Assembly: GCA_963716305.1 (NCBI GenBank)
Contig: CAVQTB010000004.1
Coordinates: forward strand, 10,919 to 74,918
DNA length: 64,000 bases
Reading direction: 5' to 3'
Source of the DNA: an uncultured Actinomycetes bacterium
GTDB taxonomy: Bacteria; Actinomycetota; Thermoleophilia; Gaiellales; Gaiellaceae
The position numbers and the translations under genes were made by a program. The notes under the pieces are model-generated. The model was not told the origin of the DNA. It made no database searches and saw nothing but the letters and a program-made list of their open reading frames with translations. This document shows positions 10,766 through 20,165 of this stretch, piece by piece. Within the stretch, counting starts at the first letter, position 1. Every line of letters starts with the position of its first letter.

Positions 10766-11236
10766 TCAGCCGAACCAGATCTCGGGCTCGGGCGGAGTGG
10801 CGTTCGAGCGCCACCCGATCACGCAGCCGGCGATCCAGGCAAGTCCAGCGAGGATCGTCACGTAGAGCCCGATCGCCGCGGCCGTGCTGACGTTCGCGAT
10901 CCCGACGAGAGCGACGAACGCGGCGGCTGCGGAGTGAATCCCGAGCGTCAGCCGAGGCCCGAGCACGAGCGGCCCGACGCCGCGATGAGCCGTCAGGGCG
11001 GACAGGCCGATGATCGCGCAGAAGACGCTGATCTGTCCGTCTCCCTTGACCCCGGCGACACCCCCGCCGAGGACGGTCGTCCACGGGAGGAACGCCGCCA
11101 CGAGCGTCGCGATCGCGGCGCCTCCGCACAGCTTCTCCCACGTCGTGAACGGCTCGCGTTTCACGCTCTCGTTATCGGCTCGAGGCAGGCCTGACGAAAG
11201 GGCCGCGTTCGCGGCGCAATCGCCCGATCGAGGCAT
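10766..11236 (-). CDS. Hypothetical integral membrane protein
   Basis: 156 aa with ATG start and about four hydrophobic segments. Confidence 0.5.
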   Translation of the reverse strand: MPRSGDCAANAALSSGLPRADNESVKREPFTTWEKLCGGAAIATLVAAFLPWTTVLGGGVAGVKGDGQISVFCAIIGLSALTAHRGVGPLVLGPRLTLGIHSAAAAFVALVGIANVSTAAAIGLYVTILAGLAWIAGCVIGWRSNATPPEPEIWFG

Positions 11237-11331
11237 CTCGCCTGCTGCCGGCCTGTTGGCGGTGGTGACGCCGCGGCTTGGAGGCGCGCGGCGGGCGGCT
11301 GTCGTCCGGCGCCCGCCCTACCGTCTTGCAA

Positions 11332-11742
11332 ATGGGCGACGACCAGCTCCGGCGAGGGGTCGCGAAGAGGGGGATTCGAATCGCCTTCGGGGTGTGCGCG
11401 CTCGCGGCGGTCTGCGCTGCGTCGGCCATCCCGGCCACGGCGCCCGCGCCTGGATCACTCCGAGCCGGAAGCAGCGCCGCGGGCAAGTTCTACGTCGTCA
11501 CGTCGGTGTCGGCAACGGTCACCGCGCCGCACGGCATCTGGGTCCGCCTCACCGGCGGTGTCAAGGGCGGCTCGGCCAACGTCTCGTGCCACCGAGCCTC
11601 GACGAAGAAGGCGAAGCGCTACGAGTTCCACCGCGCTGCGCTGTTCAGGGTGCCGATCATGCCGAGTGGAGCCGAAAGCTGCGGCGTGATCGCGAGCGTG
11701 AACGGCAGCGGCAAGATCCGGGTCGAGATCCGCGCGAGCTAG
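11332..11742 (+). CDS. Hypothetical exported protein
   Basis: In ORF 11278..11742, which opens on TTG. The ATG at 11332 gives MGDDQLRRGVAKRGIRIAFGVCALAAVCAASAIPATAPA (signal peptide) and then a beta-rich body. Confidence 0.5.
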   Translation: MGDDQLRRGVAKRGIRIAFGVCALAAVCAASAIPATAPAPGSLRAGSSAAGKFYVVTSVSATVTAPHGIWVRLTGGVKGGSANVSCHRASTKKAKRYEFHRAALFRVPIMPSGAESCGVIASVNGSGKIRVEIRAS

Positions 11743-11826
11743 CGGCTCGCGGCCGGTCTCGGAGTCGGGGAGGTCGGCTCACGACCTGCCCAACGAAACC
11801 TCCGTGAACCCGGCGGGTAGCGGCAC

Positions 11827-12864
11827 ATGCCCAGCCCTGCGGGAAATCCCCGACCCGAATCCGTGGGGCCGCGGGTGACGAAGTGGCGAGCCGTGGCTAG
11901 GGTCGTGGTGAAGGGGAGTATCCAGTTCGACGCTTCGTCAACCCGGCTTCTGCCCGGAGCGTCGGGTCCTCGTGGCCGGAGAGACCTTCGCCAGGTTCTT
12001 TCCCTCACCGACCTCGTTCCCGAGGTCACCCGGGAGGTGACTCCAGTGTTCGCCCAGTTCCACACGATCGTCGTCGGCGTCGACGGCTCCGCAGCGGGCT
12101 TCGCCGCCCTCGAGCAGGCCCGCTCGCTTCTCGCTCCGGACGGCCGTCTCGTGGCAGTTGTCGTTTGCGAGGAGCGACTCGCAATCCATGCCGGATTCGA
12201 GGCTTCGCGCCTCACCGCCGAGATCCACGAGGCAGCCGCAGCGGCGCGAGAGAAGGCCGCTGTGCTCCTCGCTGACCTGCCCGGGGCGACGACCCGTGTC
12301 GTCCACGGGCGCCCGAGCGACTGCCTGCTCGCAGTCGGCCACGAGGTTCGGGCCGAGCTCGTCGCAGTCGGCAGCCACGAGCGCAGCCGGGCGGCCGGCA
12401 TCATCCTCGGCAGCGTCGCCAGCGAGGTCCTGCACAGGGCGCCGCAGTCGGTGCTCGTCGCCCGCCCCTCCAACGAGCGACACGGCACGATCGTCGTCGG
12501 CGTCGACGGCTCACGGGACTCGCTTGCTGCGTTGAGGGTTGCCAGGTCGCTGGCGCAAGCGCAGCAGACCGAGCTCCGTCCGATCGTCGCGGAAGGCGCC
12601 GATCCGCTCGCCCTCGACACTCTTGGCCTCTCCGCCGAACCCGGTTGGGAAGACGTGGATCCAGTCAAAGCCCTTGTCGACGCCAGCGGACAGGCAGATC
12701 TCGTCGTCGTCGGCTCGCGCGGCCTGCACGGCCTCACGTCGCTCGGCTCAGTGTCCGAGCGTGTCGCTCACCGGGCGCCTTGCTCGGTCCTCGTGGTCCG
12801 GGGCGCGGCGCCTCCAACAGCACTCAGCGACGGCGGACGCCCGCACGCAGTGAACGCGGTGTGA
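11827..12864 (+). CDS. Universal stress protein with tandem USP domains
   Basis: Two copies of the pattern IVVGVDGS...LVxVGSxxxxxxxGxxLGSVxxxVxHRAPxSVLVxR. The real start is probably the GTG at 12037 or 12046. Confidence 0.85.
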   Translation: MPSPAGNPRPESVGPRVTKWRAVARVVVKGSIQFDASSTRLLPGASGPRGRRDLRQVLSLTDLVPEVTREVTPVFAQFHTIVVGVDGSAAGFAALEQARSLLAPDGRLVAVVVCEERLAIHAGFEASRLTAEIHEAAAAAREKAAVLLADLPGATTRVVHGRPSDCLLAVGHEVRAELVAVGSHERSRAAGIILGSVASEVLHRAPQSVLVARPSNERHGTIVVGVDGSRDSLAALRVARSLAQAQQTELRPIVAEGADPLALDTLGLSAEPGWEDVDPVKALVDASGQADLVVVGSRGLHGLTSLGSVSERVAHRAPCSVLVVRGAAPPTALSDGGRPHAVNAV

Positions 12865-12897
12865 CGCACCAACTGAATATCGTCGCCCACTCCCATT

Positions 12898-12971
12898 TGG
12901 GCCCGCCTGGACTCGAACCAGGGACCAACCGATTATGAGTCGGCTGCTCTGACCAGCTGAGCTACGGGCCC
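12898..12971 (-). tRNA. tRNA with CAT anticodon (elongator Met, or Ile2 if lysidine-modified)
   Basis: Minus strand GGGCCCGTAGCTCAGCTGGTCAGAGCAGCCGACTCATAATCGGTTGGTCCCTGGTTCGAGTCCAGGCGGGCCCA folds as a cloverleaf: 7-bp acceptor, anticodon loop CTCATAA, T-loop TTCGAGT. G1:C72 argues against an initiator. CCA is not encoded. Confidence 0.95.
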
Positions 12972-13044
12972 CGCCCGGGGAACGTACCGCACCCGCCGCA
13001 CGTCGTCCTTCCGGGCATCGCGGCAGCGTTTAGACTCCCGCGGG

Positions 13045-13497
13045 GTGAAGGTCTACCAGCGCGAGCAACACTTCAGGACCCGGGGCGGCCTTCACGTCAC
13101 GGACATCACCGAAGAGGTGGCGGACATCGTTCGCGAGTCCGGTGTGACCGACGGCATCTGCTGCGTGTACTCGCCGCACACGACCTGCTGCGTCCGCGTC
13201 AACGAGTTCGAGGCCGGGTTCTTCGAGGACTTCGCCGCGCTCCTCCGCCGCCTGATCCCGCACGACACCTACTACGCGCACGACGACTGGGACCGCCGTA
13301 CCGAGAACATCTGCGAGGAGGACATGGAGTTCGGGAACGGCCACGCCCACTGCATGTCGATGCTGCTCGGGTCAGCGGGCGAGTCGATCCCCGTGGCCGA
13401 CGGCGAGCTCTCGATGGGCCAGTGGCAGCGCGTCCTCTTCATCGAGCTCGACCGCGAGCGCGACCGCCGCTGGATCGTCAAGGTCGTCGGCTCCTGA
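13045..13497 (+). CDS. YjbQ/UPF0047 family protein (secondary thiamine-phosphate synthase-like)
   Basis: 150 aa; LHVTDITEEV...GICCVYSPHTTCCVRVNEFE...HAHCMSMLLG...G.WQRVLFIELD is typical of the YjbQ family. Confidence 0.8.
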   Translation: MKVYQREQHFRTRGGLHVTDITEEVADIVRESGVTDGICCVYSPHTTCCVRVNEFEAGFFEDFAALLRRLIPHDTYYAHDDWDRRTENICEEDMEFGNGHAHCMSMLLGSAGESIPVADGELSMGQWQRVLFIELDRERDRRWIVKVVGS

Positions 13498-13562
13498 CGC
13501 AACCTTGAAGCGCCGCAGGCGGCCTGACAGGATCGCCGAGACACCAACCAGGAGGGGGCATC

Positions 13563-13937
13563 GTGGCCGGAATCGAGGTCAAGAACGAGCAGTCCGCCGA
13601 CGAGATGCGGCGGATGGCCGACAAGGGGCAGGTCGCCGTCATGACGGTCGGCGGCCATCCGGTCCTTGCAGGCGAGTGGAAGCCTGGATGGAGGTGGTCG
13701 GAGCACGTGAAGCCGATCGCCGGTACATCGAGCTGCGAGGCGACGCACCTCATCTACTGCATCAGCGGCCGGATGCACGTCGTCATGGACGACGGCACCG
13801 AGGCCGAGGTCGGACCCGGCGACGTCGTCTCGATCGAGCCGGGCCACGATGCGTGGGTGGTCGGGGACGAGTCGTTCGTGGGCGTCGACTTCGGCGGCCA
13901 CGCCCAGTACGCGAAGGCGGCGTCCGGCTCGACCTGA
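13563..13937 (+). CDS. Cupin domain protein
   Basis: 124 aa. GTG start preceded by GGAGGGGG. Motif HLIYCISGRMHVVMDDGTEAEVGPGDVVSIEPGHDAW fits the cupin pattern. Confidence 0.7.
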   Translation: MAGIEVKNEQSADEMRRMADKGQVAVMTVGGHPVLAGEWKPGWRWSEHVKPIAGTSSCEATHLIYCISGRMHVVMDDGTEAEVGPGDVVSIEPGHDAWVVGDESFVGVDFGGHAQYAKAASGST

Positions 13938-13962
13938 GCCCTGACAGCGCCTCAGGCGCATC

Positions 13963-15012
13963 TCAGGCCGTCGGTGCGAGCCCTGCCAGCTCCCGCCGCT
14001 CCGCGAGCTGACGCAACGCCGCGGCTTCGAGCTGCCTCACCCGCTCGCGCGTGAGGCCGAGGATCTGGCCGATCTCGTCGAGCGACTTCGGCTCGGGATC
14101 GCCGTCCAGTCCGTAGCGCAGCTTCACGACCAGCTGCTCCCTCTGCGGCAGCTCGTCGACGGCTCGGCGAAGGGCATCGGCCGTGAGCTGCACCTCGACC
14201 TCCTCGTCCAGGCTGCGTCCCTCGTCGGCGAAGAGCTCCACCAGCGCGGCCGAATCGCGCTCACCGACGGGCTTGTCGAGCGAGGCGACGGCGCGCGCGG
14301 CGCGGTGCACCTCGCGTACCTGCTTCAGCGGGAGCTTCGACCGCTGCGCGACCTCCTCGTCGGTCGGGGCCCGTCCGTGCTGCGCGATCAGCTCGCGCTC
14401 GGCCCGCACCACCTTCTGCTCGCGCTCGACGACGTGCACGGGGATCCTGATCGTGCGCGCCTTGTTCGCCACGCCACGCTGCACCGCCTGCTTGATCCAC
14501 CACGTGGCGTAGGTGGAGAACTTGAAGCCCTTGCGCCAGTCGAACTTCTCCGCCGCGCGGATGAGGCCGATGATCCCCTCCTGGATCAGGTCGAGCAGCG
14601 ACAGGCCGTGGCCCTGGTAGCGCTTCGCGATCGAGACGACGAGGCGGAGGTTGGAGTTGATCATCCTGGCCTTGGCCGCCTCGTCGCCGCGCTCGATGCG
14701 CTTCGCGAGCTCGACCTCCTCGGCCGCGGTCAGGAGCGGATAGCGGCCGATCTCGTTGAGGAACAGCTGCAGCGCGTCGGCAGTCGCGCCGGCGAGCAGG
14801 TCGTTCGTGTACTCGGCAACCTCCGTCGCCTTCAAGGCTCTCGAGCAGTCGTCGGTGACGTCGACACCCCGCTCGTCGAGCTGCTCGAGGAGCGCCTCGA
14901 TCTCCTCCTCGGCGAGCTCGAGCCGCTGCACGACCTCGTAGAGCTCGGTCATGTGGACGCAGCCGTGCTCGTCGGCGTGATCGAGGAGCGCGCTGATCGG
15001 ATCGGAGTCCAC
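13963..15012 (-). CDS. RNA polymerase sigma-70 family factor (RpoD/HrdB-like, group 1 or 2)
   Basis: 349 aa. Region 2 to 3: LIQEGIIGLIRAAEKFDWRKGFKFSTYATWWIKQAVQR...RTIRIPVH. Region 4: LDEIGQILGLTRERVRQLE. Confidence 0.92.
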   Translation of the reverse strand: MDSDPISALLDHADEHGCVHMTELYEVVQRLELAEEEIEALLEQLDERGVDVTDDCSRALKATEVAEYTNDLLAGATADALQLFLNEIGRYPLLTAAEEVELAKRIERGDEAAKARMINSNLRLVVSIAKRYQGHGLSLLDLIQEGIIGLIRAAEKFDWRKGFKFSTYATWWIKQAVQRGVANKARTIRIPVHVVEREQKVVRAERELIAQHGRAPTDEEVAQRSKLPLKQVREVHRAARAVASLDKPVGERDSAALVELFADEGRSLDEEVEVQLTADALRRAVDELPQREQLVVKLRYGLDGDPEPKSLDEIGQILGLTRERVRQLEAAALRQLAERRELAGLAPTA

Positions 15013-15077
15013 GTGCAGCGCATTCCCCGCTCGTTGCCGGCCCTAACCCTGCGAGAGGTCGCTACGATCGAGCGACC

Positions 15078-15509
15078 GTGTGGACCTACCTGCTCGTCGT
15101 CGCCCTCATCATGCTCGTGCTGCTCGTGCTGCTCGGGCTGCTCGCGTTCCTTGGACGGTTCCGCGGCGGGCGCTACCTCCGGCCGATCATCGCGGCCCTC
15201 TCGAAGATCCCGTTCATGCGGCGGTGGTTCGAGAAGATGAGCGCGACCGCGCTCGAGAAGCAGAATCCCGAGCTCGCAAGCGCGATCAGGAAAATGCAGC
15301 GCTACGGGACGAACATCGACCCGCAGCGCGCCCAGCAGGCGCTCTCGTCGCTCTCGGCAACGGAGCGGCGCGCCTACCTCGACGCGGTCCAGGACCAGGG
15401 AGCGATGCCGGAGGCGGCGAACCGCCAGATGCGGCGTCAGCAGCAGCGACTCCAGCAAACCGGCCGCGCCGGGGGCACGACCAAGCGCGCCGGCAAGCGC
15501 AAGCGCTAG
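15078..15509 (+). CDS. Hypothetical N-terminally membrane-anchored protein
   Basis: 143 aa; one strongly hydrophobic N-terminal helix, then a basic helical region. Confidence 0.5.
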   Translation: MWTYLLVVALIMLVLLVLLGLLAFLGRFRGGRYLRPIIAALSKIPFMRRWFEKMSATALEKQNPELASAIRKMQRYGTNIDPQRAQQALSSLSATERRAYLDAVQDQGAMPEAANRQMRRQQQRLQQTGRAGGTTKRAGKRKR

Positions 15510-15520
15510 CCGGCTACCCG

Positions 15521-16468
15521 TCAGACGTTCGAGTAGCCCTTCTCCAGGGCCGCGACGAGCGACTCCGCGATCTCGTCGATGGCCGTGTTCGAGCGGTCGA
15601 CGACGCCGGTCATCCGCAGGAAGCCGTGCACCATGCCGTCGTAGCGGTAGCCCTCCGTCTCGACCGTCGAGATGAACAGCCGCTGGGCGTAGGCCTCGGC
15701 CTCGTCGCGCAGCGGGTCCGCTTCCGCGGTGATCACGATCGCGCGCGGCAGCCGCCGCAGGTCGCGCTCGGCGGCCGGCGACGCGTCCCGGTCGTCGGAG
15801 GCGTCCCGCTCGCCGACGTACTGCCGCCAGTACCACTCCATCGCGTTGCGGGTCAGCAGGTAGCCCGCCGAGAAGAGCGAGTACGACGGCGTGTTGAAGT
15901 CGTGGTTCATCACCGGGTAGAGCAGGAGCTGCGCCGCGAGCGGCACCGCGTGGTCGCGGCCTCTGCGAGCGACGATCGCCGCGAGCGTCCCGCCCGCGCT
16001 GTCGCCGCCGACGCCGATCTTGAGCTCGTCGAGGCCGAGCTCCTCGGCGTTTTCCGAGACCCACTTCGTCGCCGTCCAGGCATCGTCGAGCGCAGCGGGA
16101 TAGGGGTGCTCCGGCGCGAGCCGGTAGTCGACCGAGACGACGACGATGCCCGCGCGCTTCGCGAGCGCGCGCGTGAGCGGGTCGTACACCTCGACACTGC
16201 CCGCGACGAAGCCGCCGCCGTGGAAGTAGACGAGCCCCATGCTCGGCTCGTCGGTCTCGACCGGCCGGTAGATCCGCACCGGCACGCCGTTCGCGTCGCG
16301 ATCCTCGACCGAGTGCACCTCGTCGACCTCCCCGAACGTGTTCGTCCACGACGCGGCCAGATTGGCCCGCACCTGCTCGGGCGTCTGCTCCTCGATCGGC
16401 GGCGCGCCCGCGGCCTCGGCCGCCTCCACCACCTTCCGGATCTGAGGGTCCAATTCGGGGATGCTCAC
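15521..16468 (-). CDS. Alpha/beta hydrolase, hormone-sensitive-lipase-type esterase
   Basis: In ORF 15521..16942. HGGGF oxyanion motif and GGDSAGG nucleophile elbow. The GTG start at 16468 makes a GTGA overlap with the upstream cupin gene stop. Confidence 0.85.
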   Translation of the reverse strand: MSIPELDPQIRKVVEAAEAAGAPPIEEQTPEQVRANLAASWTNTFGEVDEVHSVEDRDANGVPVRIYRPVETDEPSMGLVYFHGGGFVAGSVEVYDPLTRALAKRAGIVVVSVDYRLAPEHPYPAALDDAWTATKWVSENAEELGLDELKIGVGGDSAGGTLAAIVARRGRDHAVPLAAQLLLYPVMNHDFNTPSYSLFSAGYLLTRNAMEWYWRQYVGERDASDDRDASPAAERDLRRLPRAIVITAEADPLRDEAEAYAQRLFISTVETEGYRYDGMVHGFLRMTGVVDRSNTAIDEIAESLVAALEKGYSNV

Positions 16469-16932
16469 GTCTCGCCCTCCCAGTAGTCGAGGTCGGGGCT
16501 GTCGCGGACGATCTTCCGGTAGCCCACATCCTGCGACCAGAGGCCGACCTTGCCGCTGTCCGGGTAGTGGATGATCGCGATCGGCGACTTCGACGAGAGC
16601 AGCAGGATCCGGCACGTCTCGTCGGTGCGGTTGATCACCTGGTGCGCGCCGTCCGGCCCCTCGGGGAAGACGGCCACGTCGCCGGGCTCGAGCTGGCGCT
16701 CGCCGTCGGCGGCGCGGAGCGTCGGTCGTCCGGAGACGACGATCGCCCACTCCTCGCAGCCGTCCTCGTAGTGGTACGGCCACGTCCGCTCGCCGGGGGG
16801 CAGCTCGTACAGGCTGCCGCCGAGGAGCCGTCCGCCGAGCCTGTTGCCGATCGCCGTGCGCCGGTGCCGAAAGCCCTCGCGGTCGTTCTCGGCATCCCAG
16901 TCCTGCTCGTCGTTCAGGTTGAAGACCTCCAC
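16465..16932 (-). CDS. Cupin domain protein
   Basis: C-terminal 155 aa of ORF 16465..17583 (VEVFNLNDEQ...EEWAIVVSGRPTLRAADGERQLEPGDVAVFPEGPDGAHQV). The upstream part of that ORF is antisense to the 17020..17607 gene. Confidence 0.7.
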   Translation of the reverse strand: MEVFNLNDEQDWDAENDREGFRHRRTAIGNRLGGRLLGGSLYELPPGERTWPYHYEDGCEEWAIVVSGRPTLRAADGERQLEPGDVAVFPEGPDGAHQVINRTDETCRILLLSSKSPIAIIHYPDSGKVGLWSQDVGYRKIVRDSPDLDYWEGET

Positions 16933-17019
16933 CGCTGCGCATCCTACGGCGTTCCCACAGAGCCGAAATGGAGGAGGATTAGGCCGGACCGGATGCACCA
17001 CGCCAAGGAGGGGGCCGCG

Positions 17020-17607
17020 ATGGCCGTGCTGATGACGCTCGACATCCCGGGCGGCACCGTCGCCGCGTACGACCGCGCGCGCGAGGTCCTCGACCTCGAG
17101 GGCGAGGACGGCACTCCTCCGGGCCTGATCACGCACGTCTGTGCGGTCACCGACGAAGGCATCGTGATCGTCGAGGCCTGGGACTCGGTGGCCTCGCTCG
17201 ACCACTTCGCGCACGACCGCCTCGCCGCGGCGTTCGCCGAGGCCGGGATGCCCGAGGCGACGCCGCAAGTCTCGCCCGTCCACGCCCTGTTCTTCGGCGC
17301 CGGCAAGGAGTCGAACGTCCTGGTCCTGCTCGATCCCCCCGGATTCACGCCCGACGAGTACGAGGCTGTCACCGCGAGGATGCCCGCGCACGCCGGCGGC
17401 GGCGTCAACCACCCCAGCGTGCTGCACGTCGCGGCGCTCGAGCCCGACGGGCACCTGCGCTTCGTCAACCTCTGGGACTCCGAGGCGGCGTACAGGGAGT
17501 TCATCGAGGGCCAGCTCGCACCGGCCGTCGGCGACCCGCGGTACTTCGTCGTGCGCCTCTGGCCGGTGCACGACTGCCTGCACGTCCGGCCGAGCGCCAC
17601 CGCCTGA
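17020..17607 (+). CDS. Hypothetical protein, two ABM/ferredoxin-like halves
   Basis: ATG at 17020 preceded by AAGGAGGGG. MAVLMTLDIPGG...EAWDS... repeats as ...LRFVNLWDSEAAYREF. Confidence 0.6.
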   Translation: MAVLMTLDIPGGTVAAYDRAREVLDLEGEDGTPPGLITHVCAVTDEGIVIVEAWDSVASLDHFAHDRLAAAFAEAGMPEATPQVSPVHALFFGAGKESNVLVLLDPPGFTPDEYEAVTARMPAHAGGGVNHPSVLHVAALEPDGHLRFVNLWDSEAAYREFIEGQLAPAVGDPRYFVVRLWPVHDCLHVRPSATA

Positions 17608-17619
17608 CCGCGGCGATCG

Positions 17620-18994
17620 TCAGGCGCGGACGCCGGCGGCGCCGAGCGCGAAGCGTGCGAACGAGCGCGGGACGTGGCTCGCGCGGGCGATCGTCGCCTC
17701 GAGGGCATCCGCGAGCCACGCGAGGTCGTCGTCGTCGACGGTCAGCGGCGGCAGGCCCTTGATCACCGCGAGCCCGTGTCCTGCGACCTGGCTGAGGATG
17801 CGGTGCTCGCGAGAAGAGCGGAACGACGACGAGCTGCGCGAAGAGGCCGGGCTCGCATGCGGTCGACGAGGCGGTAGGCGCGGCTGCCCGACGGCGGCTC
17901 GCCGAACTCGATCGCCCACATAAGCCCGAGGCCGCGCACGTCGCGCACGACGTCGTGGCGCTCGACCAGCGGCAGCGTGAGCTCGAGCAGCTTCGAGCCG
18001 AGCCGCTCGGAGCGCTCGACCAGTCGCTGCTCGTCGAGCTCGTGCAGCGTCGCGAGGCCGGCAGCCATCGCGAGCTCGTTCGGCGCGAAGGTCGAGCCGT
18101 GGCTGAACGCGTTCTCCATCGAGTCGAAGACCTGCTCGTGGACAGCCTTCGACATGAGCAGCGCGCCCACCGGCACGTAGCCACCGGAGAGCGACTTCGC
18201 GACCGTGACGAGGTCGGGCTCGAGGCCCCAGTGCTCGAACGCGAACAGCCTGCCGGTGCGGCCGAGGCCCGTCTGCACCTCGTCGACGCCGAAGAGCGTC
18301 CCGTAGCGGCGGCAGAGCACCTGCGCGCCCTCGAGGTAGCCCTCCGGCGGCAGGTTCACTCCCTTGCCTTGCACGGGCTCGACGAGGAAGAGAGCGACAT
18401 CCTCGCGCGCGCAGCTCGCTGCTCGAGCGCCTCGAGGTCGCCGAACGGCACCTGCCCGAAGCCGGGCAGGAGCGGCCCGAAGCGTTCCGTGAACTCCGGA
18501 TTGCCGTTCGCCGAGAGGGAGCCGAGCGTGAGGCCGTGGAAGCCGTGCTCGGCCGAGAGCACGCGGGCGCGCCTGGTCGCGGCGCGGCCGAGCTTCAGCG
18601 CGGCCTCGACGGCCTCGGTGCCGGTGCTCGTGAAGAGGACTCGCTCGAGGCGCGGCGGCGTGCGCCGCAGAAGCTCCTCGGCGAGGAGCGGCGGGAGCGG
18701 CGACGCACCGAGCTGCACCGAGCCGGGCAGGTCGAGCTCGAGCGCCTCGACGAGCGCGGAGCGCACGCGCGGATTGTTGCGCCCGACGTTGAACATCCCG
18801 AAGCCGCCGAGCAGGTCGAGGAAGCGGTTGCCGTCGGCATCCCACAGGTGGGCGCCCTCTGCGCGGGCCCACGTGCGGTCGAAGCCGATCGTCTTGAGGA
18901 CACGCGCGAACTGCGGGTTGATCGTCTTCGCCCAGAGCTCGAGGCTCTCGTCCTGCCTCGCCTCGACGAGGTCGCGGATGCTGAGCGCGCTCAT
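17620..18994 (-). pseudogene. Class-III (acetylornithine/GABA-type) aminotransferase interrupted by three frameshifts
   Basis: The protein can be followed across ORFs 18356..20134 (MSALSIRD...FTSTGTEAVEAALKL...EHGFHG), 17763..18872 (ALFLVEPVQGKGV...DEVQTGLGRTG...), 17501..18184 (EPGLFAQLVVVPLFS) and 17620..17919 (EHRILSQVAGHGLAVIKGLPPLTV...). Shifts are near 18395-18425, 17850-17862 and 17805-17820. Confidence 0.8.
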
Positions 18995-19084
18995 GCCCGT
19001 GACTGTAACGCCGCCGTCGCGGCCGGCCGGCGCTGTCGAGCGCGCCGGCCAGGCCTGTCCGCTCTCCCTGCGATCATCGCCCGG

Positions 19085-20101
19085 ATGAGGGTGCCGCGCG
19101 TGGCCGAGCTCGCCGCCGAGGCTCCCGGGCGGCGCTACGACGCGCCGCACATCCTGTGGTACTTCGGCGCGATCACGGCGGCGCTCGCGATCAACGCCCT
19201 CGTCGCCACGGTGCACCCGTCCGGGCGCGGGGTCTGGCAGCTGCTCGTCGGGCTCCTCCTTCTCGCCGTGCTGGCAGGCTCCGCGGCCGTGTCGCTCCGG
19301 GCCGGCTGGTGGGTGCCGGCGGGCGTCCTCACCGCAGCGGCGGTGACGGTCGTCCCGGCGGTCGGTCAGGCCTTCGAGCGCCTGATCGGCGTCTGGCCGA
19401 GCGTGGCCGAGCAGGGCCCGAGTGCGTTCGAGGACTTCCAGGGCGCGATCTTCGCGCTCGGCCTGGCGACGATCCTCGTCGGGCTCGTCGCGTTCTGGCT
19501 CGTCCGCTTCCCGTTCGTCCTCGTGCCGGTGGCCGTGGCGACTCTGCTCACGGCGCAGCTCCTCGTGCCGCTCCTCGTCGACCATCCGAGCACCGACCAC
19601 TTCGCGAAGACGGCTCTCGTGTCCGGCGGCGTGCTCCTGCTCGCCGCGCTCCTCCTGGACGGCCGGTCGCGGCGCGCGGACGCGTTCTGGTGGCACGTCT
19701 TCGGTCTGCTCGCGATCGCGATCGGGCTCGGGTGGTACACGGGCGTGCGAGGCGCCGGTTGGGCGTGGCTCGCGATCCTCGTCCTCGGCGCGATCCTCCT
19801 CCTTGCCTCGGCCCCGCTCGCCCGCGCGACGTGGGCCACCTACGGAGTGCTCGGCGTCTACGCCGCCCTCCTCCACTACGTCGACTCGTGGGCCGGCTCG
19901 TGGAAGGTGCCGACGCTGATGATCCTCGTCAGCCTCGGCCTGATCGCGCTCGGGATCGCGCTCCAGGTCTCCGGCCGCTTCCGGGGGCAGCTCGACGGCC
20001 CGCCTGCGTCGACGCCGGAACCTGCCGCCGGACCGCCGACGACAGAGTCTGTGCCCGAGCCGCCCGCACCCGAGCCCGGGCCTCCGCAGCAGCCCTCCTG
20101 A
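19085..20101 (+). CDS. Hypothetical polytopic membrane protein with Pro-rich tail
   Basis: In ORF 18536..20101. The ATG at 19085 gives about 9 hydrophobic segments and a tail PEPAAGPPTTESVPEPPAPEPGPPQQPS. Confidence 0.6.
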   Translation: MRVPRVAELAAEAPGRRYDAPHILWYFGAITAALAINALVATVHPSGRGVWQLLVGLLLLAVLAGSAAVSLRAGWWVPAGVLTAAAVTVVPAVGQAFERLIGVWPSVAEQGPSAFEDFQGAIFALGLATILVGLVAFWLVRFPFVLVPVAVATLLTAQLLVPLLVDHPSTDHFAKTALVSGGVLLLAALLLDGRSRRADAFWWHVFGLLAIAIGLGWYTGVRGAGWAWLAILVLGAILLLASAPLARATWATYGVLGVYAALLHYVDSWAGSWKVPTLMILVSLGLIALGIALQVSGRFRGQLDGPPASTPEPAAGPPTTESVPEPPAPEPGPPQQPS

Positions 20102-20165
20102 GCAGCGGCCGGCGGCCGTCCGGCAATCCGTCATTGCTCGAACGGCCGTAACAACTCGTGGAGAG

